A program made the position numbers and the translations under genes. A stretch of 64,000 nt of DNA from Candidatus Levyibacteriota bacterium. Its GTDB lineage: Bacteria; Patescibacteriota; Microgenomatia; Levybacterales; UBA12049. The notes under the pieces were generated by a model that had not been told where the DNA came from, did not search any database, and worked only from the letters and a program-made list of their open reading frames with translations. The DNA is taken from positions 38,676 to 102,675 of the forward strand of contig JACQHJ010000003.1 in NCBI GenBank assembly GCA_016199085.1. Reading direction: 5' to 3'. Positions 30,028 to 38,439 of this stretch are shown here, piece by piece. Position 1 is the stretch's first letter, and each line of letters begins with the position of its first letter.

Positions 30028-32817
30028 GTGCTCATGAGCGCTATTGAAACACAAAGTGGGCAACATGGAATTGATTATTCTCATTATCCACATTTACATG
30101 TAGAAGATTCTCCAAGAAAAGTAATGGAGATTAAATCGGTCATGCCTGCAAACTTTAGAGCAAGAGGATTAATGGATATAGGTTGCGATGCAGGAGTAAT
30201 AACAAAATCTGTTGGACAACTAATAGGGGCTGAAAGGGTTGACGCCGTAGAACCGTCAGAGGACGCCATTTCCTATGCTAGGGATAATTTACAAATATTT
30301 CCATATGGTCAAGTGCACCATATGGAATTTACAAAATTTAATCCAAGCAATAAGCCAGACCTTACTATGCTCATAGATGTGTTAGAGCATTTAGATAATC
30401 CAGCTGAAGCACTTAAAAAAGCAGCTGCTCTTACAAGATTTTCAATTATTAGAACTCCACTTGAGGGGAGCATGGCCGTACAGATTCACCAAAGATTATT
30501 CGGAGAAGATATACAAGCTTTAATGGAGCAAAGATATGGGCATATTCATCACTATACAAAGCAAGGATTAAAAGACTTAATTGAAGATAACGGATTTGAT
30601 ATTGTAAGAGAATCTATTACAAGAATTCCTCAAGGGGCAACAATTTTAGATAGAAGAATAAGTAAAATATTAGAATCGACAGTTTGGAGGTTGTTAAGAA
30701 GTAAATATCCTGACTTATGGGGAGGGTTTTATGTTGCGTTTGCAAAAAGTAGAGAAAGACAAGTTTTAGAAGATGATGTATATCAAAAAATACAAGGTGC
30801 AATAAATCAAGTTTTAGGAGAGTCAAACGTAGTTTCTGTTATTGTATTTGGATCAACAACGGCTGATAGAGACAAAACTCACTCAGATTATGATTTCACT
30901 GTAATTGCTCGCGATTTAAATAGAGACATTAATCAGAGAGAGCAAGCTTCACCTACGATAAAAAAAGTTCTTCAAGATGAGGGAATAAAACAACTATGTG
31001 CGTTCAATATTTACTCTCCTGAAGAATTTGCCTCAGCTGCAAGAAAGGGATCTTGGTTGGTTGAGACTATGAAGACAAACAATAGGATTGTATATGATCC
31101 TGAAGGATTTATGGCTATGGCTTTAGGTGTTACAGCTCCAAACGTTTCTCAAACAGGAGAATTTTCATGGAATGGAGTATCCCACGAGTCAGAGACTCAT
31201 GTACAAGAGGTAATTCAAAGATATAATCGGTTATCACATATAATCTCTCCTATTGACCAAAAAATGGCTAACTACTATAGAAGAGAGGCAATAAGAGGTC
31301 AATTAATATTGAGACTATTTGAGCACGGTGAATATGATACTAGAGGGTCAATTTTTTCACTTGCAAAGAAATTAAGGTATAAGTATGGAGCGCAGCTAGA
31401 TCTACAAAACTTACAGGTTGAAGATTTTTATCAAGAGATTGAGGGTAAGAAAAGAATATTAGATTATGATAGTTCAAATCTTCATTTAAGAATTGCAGAT
31501 GAATTAAATGCTCAAGGATTACATTTAGATGCTCTTGCCCACACTTACCATGCATTAAAAGCAGTTTATTTAAGGTCATTACATAAAAGCGGAAGGTATA
31601 TCGTTGAAGGAGAAATAACTCAATTATTTGTTAAAGAATTTGCTCATATTTTACCTAAAGAAGTAGTTGACTTAATTTTTGCAAATTCATTCAAAGCAGA
31701 ACAAATACTAGGAAGGTCAGGATTTACAACTTTCGACTTAGATAAAGAAGGCTCACCGCTATATGAAGATCAAGTTAACCAAGGGAACAATTACGAGACA
31801 ATTCAAAATAATCTAAGATCAATTATTAATAGTTTGGGCGCAAAAGAAGAAATCTTAAAAAGCAGCACTTCTCCTAAAATTTCCATAGTAATTGCAACAT
31901 ATAATAGGCCTGATAAGATCATTAACTGCATAACAGCTTTAAATACTTTATTAATTCCCGATGATCAAGTAGAGTTAATCGTTGTTAACGATGGATCTAC
32001 TGCCGAATACGATGAGGCATCAATTATTAACTCAAGTAAATTTCCTGTTAAATACGTTGCAAAAGAACACTCAGGAATATGTGGAACAAAAAATGAAGGA
32101 ATTCATCAAAGCCAAGGCGATTATGTAGCGTTTTTAGATGATGACATGGTTACCTCTCCATTCTGGTTAATCAATTTAGTGGCTGGTTTTAAAAACGAAA
32201 GAATTGCAGGAGTAGGATCAACAAACCTAACATATCCTGATAATAACCCAATCTCTGAATATGCTGATTATAGGGAATTAGCTAGGAGAGCATTCAAAGA
32301 CGAATCAGGTGAAATATTAAATGTTTTAACAGGAAGCGCCTGTATTAGAAGAGACGTTTTGCTTCAAGTTGGAGGGTTCAACATGAGACAGTCAGAGCTT
32401 GGTGTAGGATTTGGTGGAGACGATGTTGACTTAACATGGAGAATTAGAAATGCCGGATATTCATTAAATCATGTTAATGAAGCAGTGTGCTTCCATAATC
32501 ATAGGGCAGATCTTGGGTCACTAATTAAGCAGCATGTTGGGTACGGTGAAGGAACAATGTTTCATTGTCTTGATACACAAAGAGATCCTGAATCATTGGG
32601 TATTCCGAGTCCTGACTACATCTCAGTAGCCAAAGACTTATTGGCATATACCTATCTTGAAGTGCCCAAAAGAATGATTAGATCATATAAAGACGGATTA
32701 GGCTTAATAAGATCACTTCAGTATCCTTTATTAGACTTATTAAGAAGGGGAAGTTATGATGTAGGTATACTAAAAGCAAAAAGATTTAAAACAGCCTTAG
32801 ACAAATTTAATAAATAA
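30028..32817 (+). CDS. Multidomain fusion: class I SAM-dependent methyltransferase, then a Pol-beta-type nucleotidyltransferase domain, then a helical domain, then a family-2 glycosyltransferase
   Basis: DIGCDAGVIT (methyltransferase motif I), VIVFGSTTADRDKTHSDYDFTVIA (GS...DxD nucleotidyltransferase motif), and a C-terminal ISIVIATYNRPD...VVNDGS...FLDDD GT2 A-domain. Confidence 0.7.
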   Translation: MLMSAIETQSGQHGIDYSHYPHLHVEDSPRKVMEIKSVMPANFRARGLMDIGCDAGVITKSVGQLIGAERVDAVEPSEDAISYARDNLQIFPYGQVHHMEFTKFNPSNKPDLTMLIDVLEHLDNPAEALKKAAALTRFSIIRTPLEGSMAVQIHQRLFGEDIQALMEQRYGHIHHYTKQGLKDLIEDNGFDIVRESITRIPQGATILDRRISKILESTVWRLLRSKYPDLWGGFYVAFAKSRERQVLEDDVYQKIQGAINQVLGESNVVSVIVFGSTTADRDKTHSDYDFTVIARDLNRDINQREQASPTIKKVLQDEGIKQLCAFNIYSPEEFASAARKGSWLVETMKTNNRIVYDPEGFMAMALGVTAPNVSQTGEFSWNGVSHESETHVQEVIQRYNRLSHIISPIDQKMANYYRREAIRGQLILRLFEHGEYDTRGSIFSLAKKLRYKYGAQLDLQNLQVEDFYQEIEGKKRILDYDSSNLHLRIADELNAQGLHLDALAHTYHALKAVYLRSLHKSGRYIVEGEITQLFVKEFAHILPKEVVDLIFANSFKAEQILGRSGFTTFDLDKEGSPLYEDQVNQGNNYETIQNNLRSIINSLGAKEEILKSSTSPKISIVIATYNRPDKIINCITALNTLLIPDDQVELIVVNDGSTAEYDEASIINSSKFPVKYVAKEHSGICGTKNEGIHQSQGDYVAFLDDDMVTSPFWLINLVAGFKNERIAGVGSTNLTYPDNNPISEYADYRELARRAFKDESGEILNVLTGSACIRRDVLLQVGGFNMRQSELGVGFGGDDVDLTWRIRNAGYSLNHVNEAVCFHNHRADLGSLIKQHVGYGEGTMFHCLDTQRDPESLGIPSPDYISVAKDLLAYTYLEVPKRMIRSYKDGLGLIRSLQYPLLDLLRRGSYDVGILKAKRFKTALDKFNK

Positions 32818-32832
32818 AGATACAATTAACAA

Positions 32833-33393
32833 ATGATTATTACTTCATATTTTGTTGGAATTTTACTTGATGATATATTTATTGATTTGTATAATGAAAT
32901 AGGTCAATATTTATCAGACAATAAAATTAAACATTTAATTACTCTTCAAAATAAATCTAGTCTACATATTACACTTTATTATTTTAAGAAAGATATTGAT
33001 AAAGAAACTATAAGCAGTATTCTACTTGATATAAAAACAATTAAGATTCCTCTTATTAAAATTGATGAGGTTAAATATTTTAAGAATAATAATAAATATT
33101 TGTTATGTTACTTAAATTGCGATAAGCAGAAAATTTTTGAAAAAATAAATTCTTATTTTGCGCAAAAATACAAAAATGATCAAGTATTAGATAATCAATA
33201 CCAATATATTCCTCATATTTCATTTTTTAAGATAAACGATCAAATTAATTTTTTAAGACATAAAGAATCAATCGAAAAAATTATATACAAACATATTAAA
33301 TTAATAGATAATAAAAGAGTATTAGACTCAGTTAGGCTATTTAAGGTTAATTCAAAAACAGACCCAGAAACTCAAATCCCCATGTATACTTGA
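32833..33393 (+). CDS. 2H phosphoesterase superfamily (LigT-like) protein
   Basis: Two H-x-T/S motifs, SLHITLYYF and PHISFFK, spaced as in the 2',5' RNA ligase family. The gene is very AT-rich. Confidence 0.45.
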   Translation: MIITSYFVGILLDDIFIDLYNEIGQYLSDNKIKHLITLQNKSSLHITLYYFKKDIDKETISSILLDIKTIKIPLIKIDEVKYFKNNNKYLLCYLNCDKQKIFEKINSYFAQKYKNDQVLDNQYQYIPHISFFKINDQINFLRHKESIEKIIYKHIKLIDNKRVLDSVRLFKVNSKTDPETQIPMYT

Positions 33394-33435
33394 AATCTAT
33401 TGTTGTATTTGCTATACTATAGGTTAAATTTTGGT

Positions 33436-34257
33436 ATGAATGTTAAAATTAACAATATAATAGCGTCAAATAAAAAGCCTTTTATTTTAATTGCAGGGCC
33501 CGATTCGATTGAGTCATTAGACCATGCAATGCTTATGGCTAAGAGCATTAATAAAATTGCAAAACAATTTCAAATTCCCTATGTATTTAAAGCTTCATAC
33601 GATAAGGCAAATAGAACTTCTGTTACTTCTTTCCGTGGGGTCGGTATGGAAGAAGGAGTAAAAATTCTAACTAAAATTCAAGACACTCTTAAAATTCCGG
33701 TTACGACTGATGTCCATACCGTAGAACAGGCAGAATATGTTGGTAAATTTATAAATTTAATACAAGTGCCAGCGCTTTTAAGCAGGCAGACGGACTTATT
33801 AGTTGCAGCAGGAAAAACAAAAAAGGCAGTGAATATTAAAAAGGGACAATTTATTGCACCTCAAAATGCAAATAACTTAATAGGAAAAGTTACATCGACG
33901 GGAAATACAAACGTATTAATAACAGAAAGAGGAACAACCTTTGGTTACAATGATGTAGTAACTGATATGCGTGGATTAGAAATAATGAAAAGGTTCGGTT
34001 ACCCAGTAATATTTGATGCTTCCCATACAGTTCAATTTCCATCAAATCTAGGAAATAAATCAGGTGGAGATAGAAGTTTAATTCCAGCTTTAGCAAAAGC
34101 AGCAATTGCTGTTGGAATTGCGGGCATATTCATGGAGATACATAATAATCCTTCCAAGGCACCTGTAGATGGATTAAGTTCTTTAGATTTGAAGGATCTT
34201 AAAGGATTATTGAGAACATTAAAGTCTATAGATAAAATAGTTAAGAATTATGAATAA
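33436..34257 (+). CDS. kdsA: 3-deoxy-8-phosphooctulonate (Kdo-8-P) synthase
   Basis: KASYDKANRTSVTSFRGVGMEEGVKIL matches KdsA FKSSFDKANRSS..SYRGPGLEEGMKIF. The length is about 275 aa. I placed the start at the MNVKINN ATG at 33436. Confidence 0.85.
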   Translation: MNVKINNIIASNKKPFILIAGPDSIESLDHAMLMAKSINKIAKQFQIPYVFKASYDKANRTSVTSFRGVGMEEGVKILTKIQDTLKIPVTTDVHTVEQAEYVGKFINLIQVPALLSRQTDLLVAAGKTKKAVNIKKGQFIAPQNANNLIGKVTSTGNTNVLITERGTTFGYNDVVTDMRGLEIMKRFGYPVIFDASHTVQFPSNLGNKSGGDRSLIPALAKAAIAVGIAGIFMEIHNNPSKAPVDGLSSLDLKDLKGLLRTLKSIDKIVKNYE

Positions 34258-34864
34258 AGATTTAATAATAAAAGCTGGAAAAGCAGTGCTAAAAAATGCT
34301 GCAAGAAATATATTAATTACAGAAAAGAAACTAGACAATAATTTCGTTGAAGCAGTAAATATTCTAAAACGAAGAAAGGGTAAGATAATTGCTGTTGGTA
34401 TTGGGAAATCAGGGATAATAGCTAATAAATTTTCTTCAACTATATCTAGTACAGGAAACCTTTGCATATTCGTTCACCCAACCGAAGCATTTCACGGAGA
34501 CTTTGGAAAAATTAATGAAAAAGATGTCTTAGTAATTTTTTGCCATAGTGGTGAAACAAAAGAAATTATCGATTTCTTAATGTTTTGTAAACAAAAAAAT
34601 AAAAATATTAAGATTATATCTATTACCTCAAAATTTGATTCAACTATTTCACTTATGTCAAATGTAACTTTAACTACTTGGGTAGAAGAAGAGCATGCAG
34701 ATCCAAGATTTAAGTTGATTCCGACAACAAGTGCTTCTGTAACATTGGCCTTATCAGATGCTTTAATAATATCTCTGCAGACAATTAACAAATTTCAAGC
34801 ACATAGATTCTATAAAAATCACCCTGGAGGACATATTGGTGAAATATCAAGAAACTATAATTAA
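34250..34864 (+). CDS. SIS-domain arabinose-5-phosphate isomerase (KdsD/KpsF-type, single SIS domain without CBS)
   Basis: GKIIAVGIGKSGIIANKF...FVHPTEAFHGDFGKI...FCHSGETKEI closely follows the KdsD SIS motifs (GKSG, FVHPGEAAHGDLG, SNSGES). Confidence 0.75.
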   Translation: MNKDLIIKAGKAVLKNAARNILITEKKLDNNFVEAVNILKRRKGKIIAVGIGKSGIIANKFSSTISSTGNLCIFVHPTEAFHGDFGKINEKDVLVIFCHSGETKEIIDFLMFCKQKNKNIKIISITSKFDSTISLMSNVTLTTWVEEEHADPRFKLIPTTSASVTLALSDALIISLQTINKFQAHRFYKNHPGGHIGEISRNYN

Positions 34865-35525
34865 TAACTCCCTACCTAAATCATTCATTTTTGACATGGA
34901 TGGTGTATTAATTGATAGTGAGTCTGCCTGGGTTCCTTTCCAAGATGCATTCTCAACCTCATTATTTGGCCTAGAAATATATAAAAAAGTTGGTGCCTCA
35001 GTAGGAATAACAATAAACGACATTTATAAAAAGGCAAGTAGATTTGGTTTTTCAATGAATATGGATCAATATTATTCTAGATATGATCAGCAAGCAATTG
35101 AGGTGTATAAAAATGCTAAGCCGACAAAGGAAATAAAGAAATTGGTAACTTTCTTAAAACATAGGGGATTTAAAATAGGGCTTGTTTCATCCTCAAGAAA
35201 AACTTGGATTAAATTTGTACTAAATAAACTCGATTTAGAAGGGCTATTTGATGACATTTTATCTATAAATGATGAGAAAATTGAATCAAAACCAAAACCA
35301 ACTGCATATAGCAAAATAATTAACAAACTTGGTGTAAAAGAATCTCAGGCTATTGTTCTAGAAGATACAAATAATGGAATTAATTCTGCTAAAAAAGCTG
35401 GTGCAATTGTAATAGGTTTTCAAGAAAATATTCCTAATAATTACATACAGAAAAACGCTGATTACTATGCTATCAATGTAAATGATGTTATAAATGTTGT
35501 AAATAGATTAATAGATGGCAGGTGA
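34836..35525 (+). CDS. HAD-superfamily hydrolase (subfamily IA), candidate sugar-phosphate phosphatase
   Basis: Motif I FIFDMDGVLIDSE plus downstream HAD motifs. It overlaps the stop codon of the kdsD-like gene. Confidence 0.75.
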   Translation: MVKYQETIINNSLPKSFIFDMDGVLIDSESAWVPFQDAFSTSLFGLEIYKKVGASVGITINDIYKKASRFGFSMNMDQYYSRYDQQAIEVYKNAKPTKEIKKLVTFLKHRGFKIGLVSSSRKTWIKFVLNKLDLEGLFDDILSINDEKIESKPKPTAYSKIINKLGVKESQAIVLEDTNNGINSAKKAGAIVIGFQENIPNNYIQKNADYYAINVNDVINVVNRLIDGR

Positions 35526-36339
35526 AAGAAAAGATTTACCAACTCCAAAGCTTGCAACTGCAAGAGATGCATATGATTCATATGCTAAATACTATGACGA
35601 ATCAACTAATTGGTTTGATCAAGATCTTCCTTTTTATTCCAGATTACTGCAAACAACTGTACCGCCGTTTATTGAAGTAGGCTGTGGAACTGGACGAGTA
35701 CTCAATTACTTATTGACATCATCTGGAGCTAATAAACCAAAGGGGGAATCTCCTGCCTACATAACTGGTGTTGATATATCAGAGGAGATGCTTGAAGTTT
35801 GTAGAAGAAAAGCTAAAAAATTTATTGATAAAAAAGTATTAATATTAATAAATCATGATCTCGCTGAAGAACCGTTGCCAGATGTAAGTTTTAATGCTGC
35901 GCTTGTGACATTTTACGTTATGAACTATATACCGGAGGAATTACAAGCTAGATTTTTAGAAAATATTTATTCAATGTTAAATCCTAGAGGAATTATAGCA
36001 ATAAATTTATTCTATCCTAGAATACAAAGAGAACCATCTATCGCAAATGCATGGAAAAGCCATTCTATACCCACGCGCGAAGGACCAGTTTCTTTCGATG
36101 AAAGACAAAGATTAATAGAAGACGTAGAAGAAAGAGAGCTAATATTTAATCCAACCATGTTTGGAGGTGAAAGAATTTTCTTAAGGAGATTTTATATTTC
36201 TCCAACCAAGGGGAAAACGTTGCTTGAGCAAGCTGGTTTTACTGACGTAGAGCACTTAAAAGGTTTTAATAGGCACAACCTTGGAAATTTCGAGGAAGAT
36301 CCCAATTCTTATAGCTTTACATTAATTGCTAGAAAATAA
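35515..36339 (+). CDS. Class I SAM-dependent methyltransferase
   Basis: Motif I EVGCGTGRV. Confidence 0.7.
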   Translation: MAGERKDLPTPKLATARDAYDSYAKYYDESTNWFDQDLPFYSRLLQTTVPPFIEVGCGTGRVLNYLLTSSGANKPKGESPAYITGVDISEEMLEVCRRKAKKFIDKKVLILINHDLAEEPLPDVSFNAALVTFYVMNYIPEELQARFLENIYSMLNPRGIIAINLFYPRIQREPSIANAWKSHSIPTREGPVSFDERQRLIEDVEERELIFNPTMFGGERIFLRRFYISPTKGKTLLEQAGFTDVEHLKGFNRHNLGNFEEDPNSYSFTLIARK

Positions 36340-36465
36340 AATTTAACGTCTGATATCTTGAGTTATGCGACGATTTTGGTCAGCTTAGAAGCGAAAAAAC
36401 AAATTTTTGAGTAATACAGGCTATATATTGCTAGTCTAAAGCGGTCTCGTGTAGCGCTCGAATAC

Positions 36466-36500
36466 AGTTGTGCTGAGCATACCGCTCTCGACCCATTACA
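36466..36500. repeat. Intergenic repeat copy A (consensus about tTGtGCTGAGCATaCCGgTCTaGAACC), one of three
   Basis: Seen directly by aligning 36468-36500, 37168-37200 and 37706-37740. Confidence 0.5.
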
Positions 36501-36552
36501 TCATTATAGCGGTCGGGCTGAAGCTGAATAAGGCAATATCAGAATATTTAAT

Positions 36553-37137
36553 TTATGGCTTAATTTTAATACCTGACTTTTCCAAAAGAGGAATTATAAT
36601 TTCCATTGGCAATCCATGAGTAAGACCTGTTAATGAACCGTTAACTTTTGAAATTGTTGTTAATCCATATGTATTTGCAGGACAAAATGCACCAGACCAA
36701 GTAAGCACGGGGTATTTATTTATAACTTCTTCTATCTCTTCTTCACTAAACTTTCTTGTTGAAAAATCAACTACAATACATGTTGAGAAATCAATACTAT
36801 TTTGTTTATCTAAATAACAAACACCTGCATAAAGCTTAGAATTTTCATTCCCGGATTCTTCTCGCAGCATTTGTTTTGCTTCTTCAATAGTTTGAGGCTT
36901 TTCATAGACTTTTCCATTATGAACTGCAAAAGAATCTGCCGAAATAATTATTCCTTTATGTTTCATAGCGACATTTTCAGCTTTTGCTCGGGCTATTTTT
37001 TCTGCCCTCTTTGCTAAATCGCTATCTCTTATTAATTTTTCATCTATATTGGCTGGAATAATTTCATAGGGGATATTTAATACATCCATTAACATTTTTC
37101 TGTTGGCTGAGCCCGAAGCTAAAATAATTCTTTGCAT
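36553..37137 (-). CDS. maf: Maf-like nucleoside triphosphate pyrophosphatase
   Basis: N-terminal IILASGSANRKMLM (the Maf signature) and a length of about 190 aa. Confidence 0.8.
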   Translation of the reverse strand: MQRIILASGSANRKMLMDVLNIPYEIIPANIDEKLIRDSDLAKRAEKIARAKAENVAMKHKGIIISADSFAVHNGKVYEKPQTIEEAKQMLREESGNENSKLYAGVCYLDKQNSIDFSTCIVVDFSTRKFSEEEIEEVINKYPVLTWSGAFCPANTYGLTTISKVNGSLTGLTHGLPMEIIIPLLEKSGIKIKP

Positions 37138-37165
37138 TTTATTTAAAATTATTATTTATCAAAAC

Positions 37166-37200
37166 CACGTTTTTGTGCTGAGCATACCGGTCTAGAACCG
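37166..37200. repeat. Intergenic repeat copy B
   Basis: The sequence tgtgctgagcataccggtctagaacc is seen directly. It lies 30-60 bp upstream of the maf start. Confidence 0.5.
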
Positions 37201-37214
37201 TTTTGTCGTTATAA

Positions 37215-37664
37215 CTACTTGTCTAGTTTGAATATGCTTATATCTTCTTCTGATAAATTATCCTTCTCCCAAAATTTGAGCCTGTGCCAAATAGTTTGTC
37301 CTTTCATATCTTTTTGAATTGCGACTACTAGCTTTTTATAGAAATCGTCACTATCGCCGCCTGCTGGTTTTTTGCTAGAATGCGCAGCGATAAATTTATT
37401 AGCTAAGCGAATAACAGTTGCCGAAGCATAAAGGGGAGCATGAGTATAAAGTTCTTCCATGAAATTCTTTTGTCTTTCCTTATCAATCCATCCCTCAAAA
37501 AAACCAATTATATTTTCGAGAAATTTTTTATATTGATCTTCTTTCCTTTCTCTTGCGTAAAGCTCCCGCTCTCTGTTTCTTTCGAATCGATCATTAAGAT
37601 ATGCGCCAATAAGGCCACCCAATCCTAACGATCCGACTAGGGCAATAAGTATTTCAGAATTCAT
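37215..37664 (-). CDS. Hypothetical protein with N-terminal TM
   Basis: ORF only. Confidence 0.4.
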   Translation of the reverse strand: MNSEILIALVGSLGLGGLIGAYLNDRFERNRERELYARERKEDQYKKFLENIIGFFEGWIDKERQKNFMEELYTHAPLYASATVIRLANKFIAAHSSKKPAGGDSDDFYKKLVVAIQKDMKGQTIWHRLKFWEKDNLSEEDISIFKLDK

Positions 37665-37705
37665 TTATTATTAAAACTGCAGACACGCTCATGATTGTGT
37701 TTGTT

Positions 37706-37765
37706 TTTGCTGAGCATCTCGGTTTAGAACCACCTTATCTTTATTGCTATTCTAGATTGCCTACT
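37706..37765. repeat. Intergenic repeat copy C, followed by an att-like TATTCTAG...CCTACT segment
   Basis: The sequence tttgctgagcatctcggtttagaacc...gctattctagattgcctact is seen directly. Confidence 0.5.
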
Positions 37766-38321
37766 CTTGTTTAACGCCTATTGTGCGTTGAGACTCTAAT
37801 TTATTGGCCGCTTCTAAAAAAGATGCTCTATCATTCAAGTCTATATCTTTACTCATTTCCTTAAAACTTTCTAATTGTTCTTTTGTTTGAGCTATTAAGA
37901 TGTCTTTATGTTTTAGATAAAACCACAGACGAAATGCAGTCATGAAGCCTGTAATCTCAATGGTTAACTCTTGATACATCCTAATATCGTCCCAGATAAC
38001 AAATTCGCTTGATGCTGGATTAAATCTCAGTAATTTATCAGGATCACTATTTGCATGTTTAAAAAAATTATAGGGTTCATTAAGTTTTTTTAGCACAAAG
38101 GCCTGTTTCTCTGGTTTTATGTATCCATCCATCTGGGATTTAAAAGATTTTATGCCTGAGGCTTTTCCTATTCCAGATAGTATTTCTTCGGCAGCGCAAG
38201 CAGAAAGGTGAATTATTACAAAATCTCCATAATTAAAAAACAATTTAATAGCATGCTCTAATTCTCTTTTTGCAACATCTAGCTTTGAGACGTTTATGAT
38301 TTTTTTAGTTTCTTCGTCCAT
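37761..38321 (-). CDS. Hypothetical protein
   Basis: ORF only. Confidence 0.4.
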   Translation of the reverse strand: MDEETKKIINVSKLDVAKRELEHAIKLFFNYGDFVIIHLSACAAEEILSGIGKASGIKSFKSQMDGYIKPEKQAFVLKKLNEPYNFFKHANSDPDKLLRFNPASSEFVIWDDIRMYQELTIEITGFMTAFRLWFYLKHKDILIAQTKEQLESFKEMSKDIDLNDRASFLEAANKLESQRTIGVKQE

Positions 38322-38333
38322 ATACTATTCAAT

Positions 38334-38422
38334 CTTGCTGGCTACTTACGAAAAATGTCGAACTTCGTTTCTTAAATAGTCGCTTCGCTCCTACTATTTT
38401 AGAGCTCGGCCTCGCCTCGCTC
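38334..38422. repeat. Inverted repeat X (89 bp), a perfect reverse complement of 43622..43710; begins with the 7-bp core CTTGCTG
   Basis: Direct base-by-base comparison of the two segments. Confidence 0.9.
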
Positions 38423-38439
38423 TTTTGTATTTTTTGCCA

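Noticed and set aside
36466-37740. Interpreting the triplicated intergenic repeat as a CRISPR-like or REP element
   Set aside because: There are only three copies with irregular 520-700 bp spacing, each between genes. The similarity to the att core and tRNA T-arm fits att scars or a shared promoter better.
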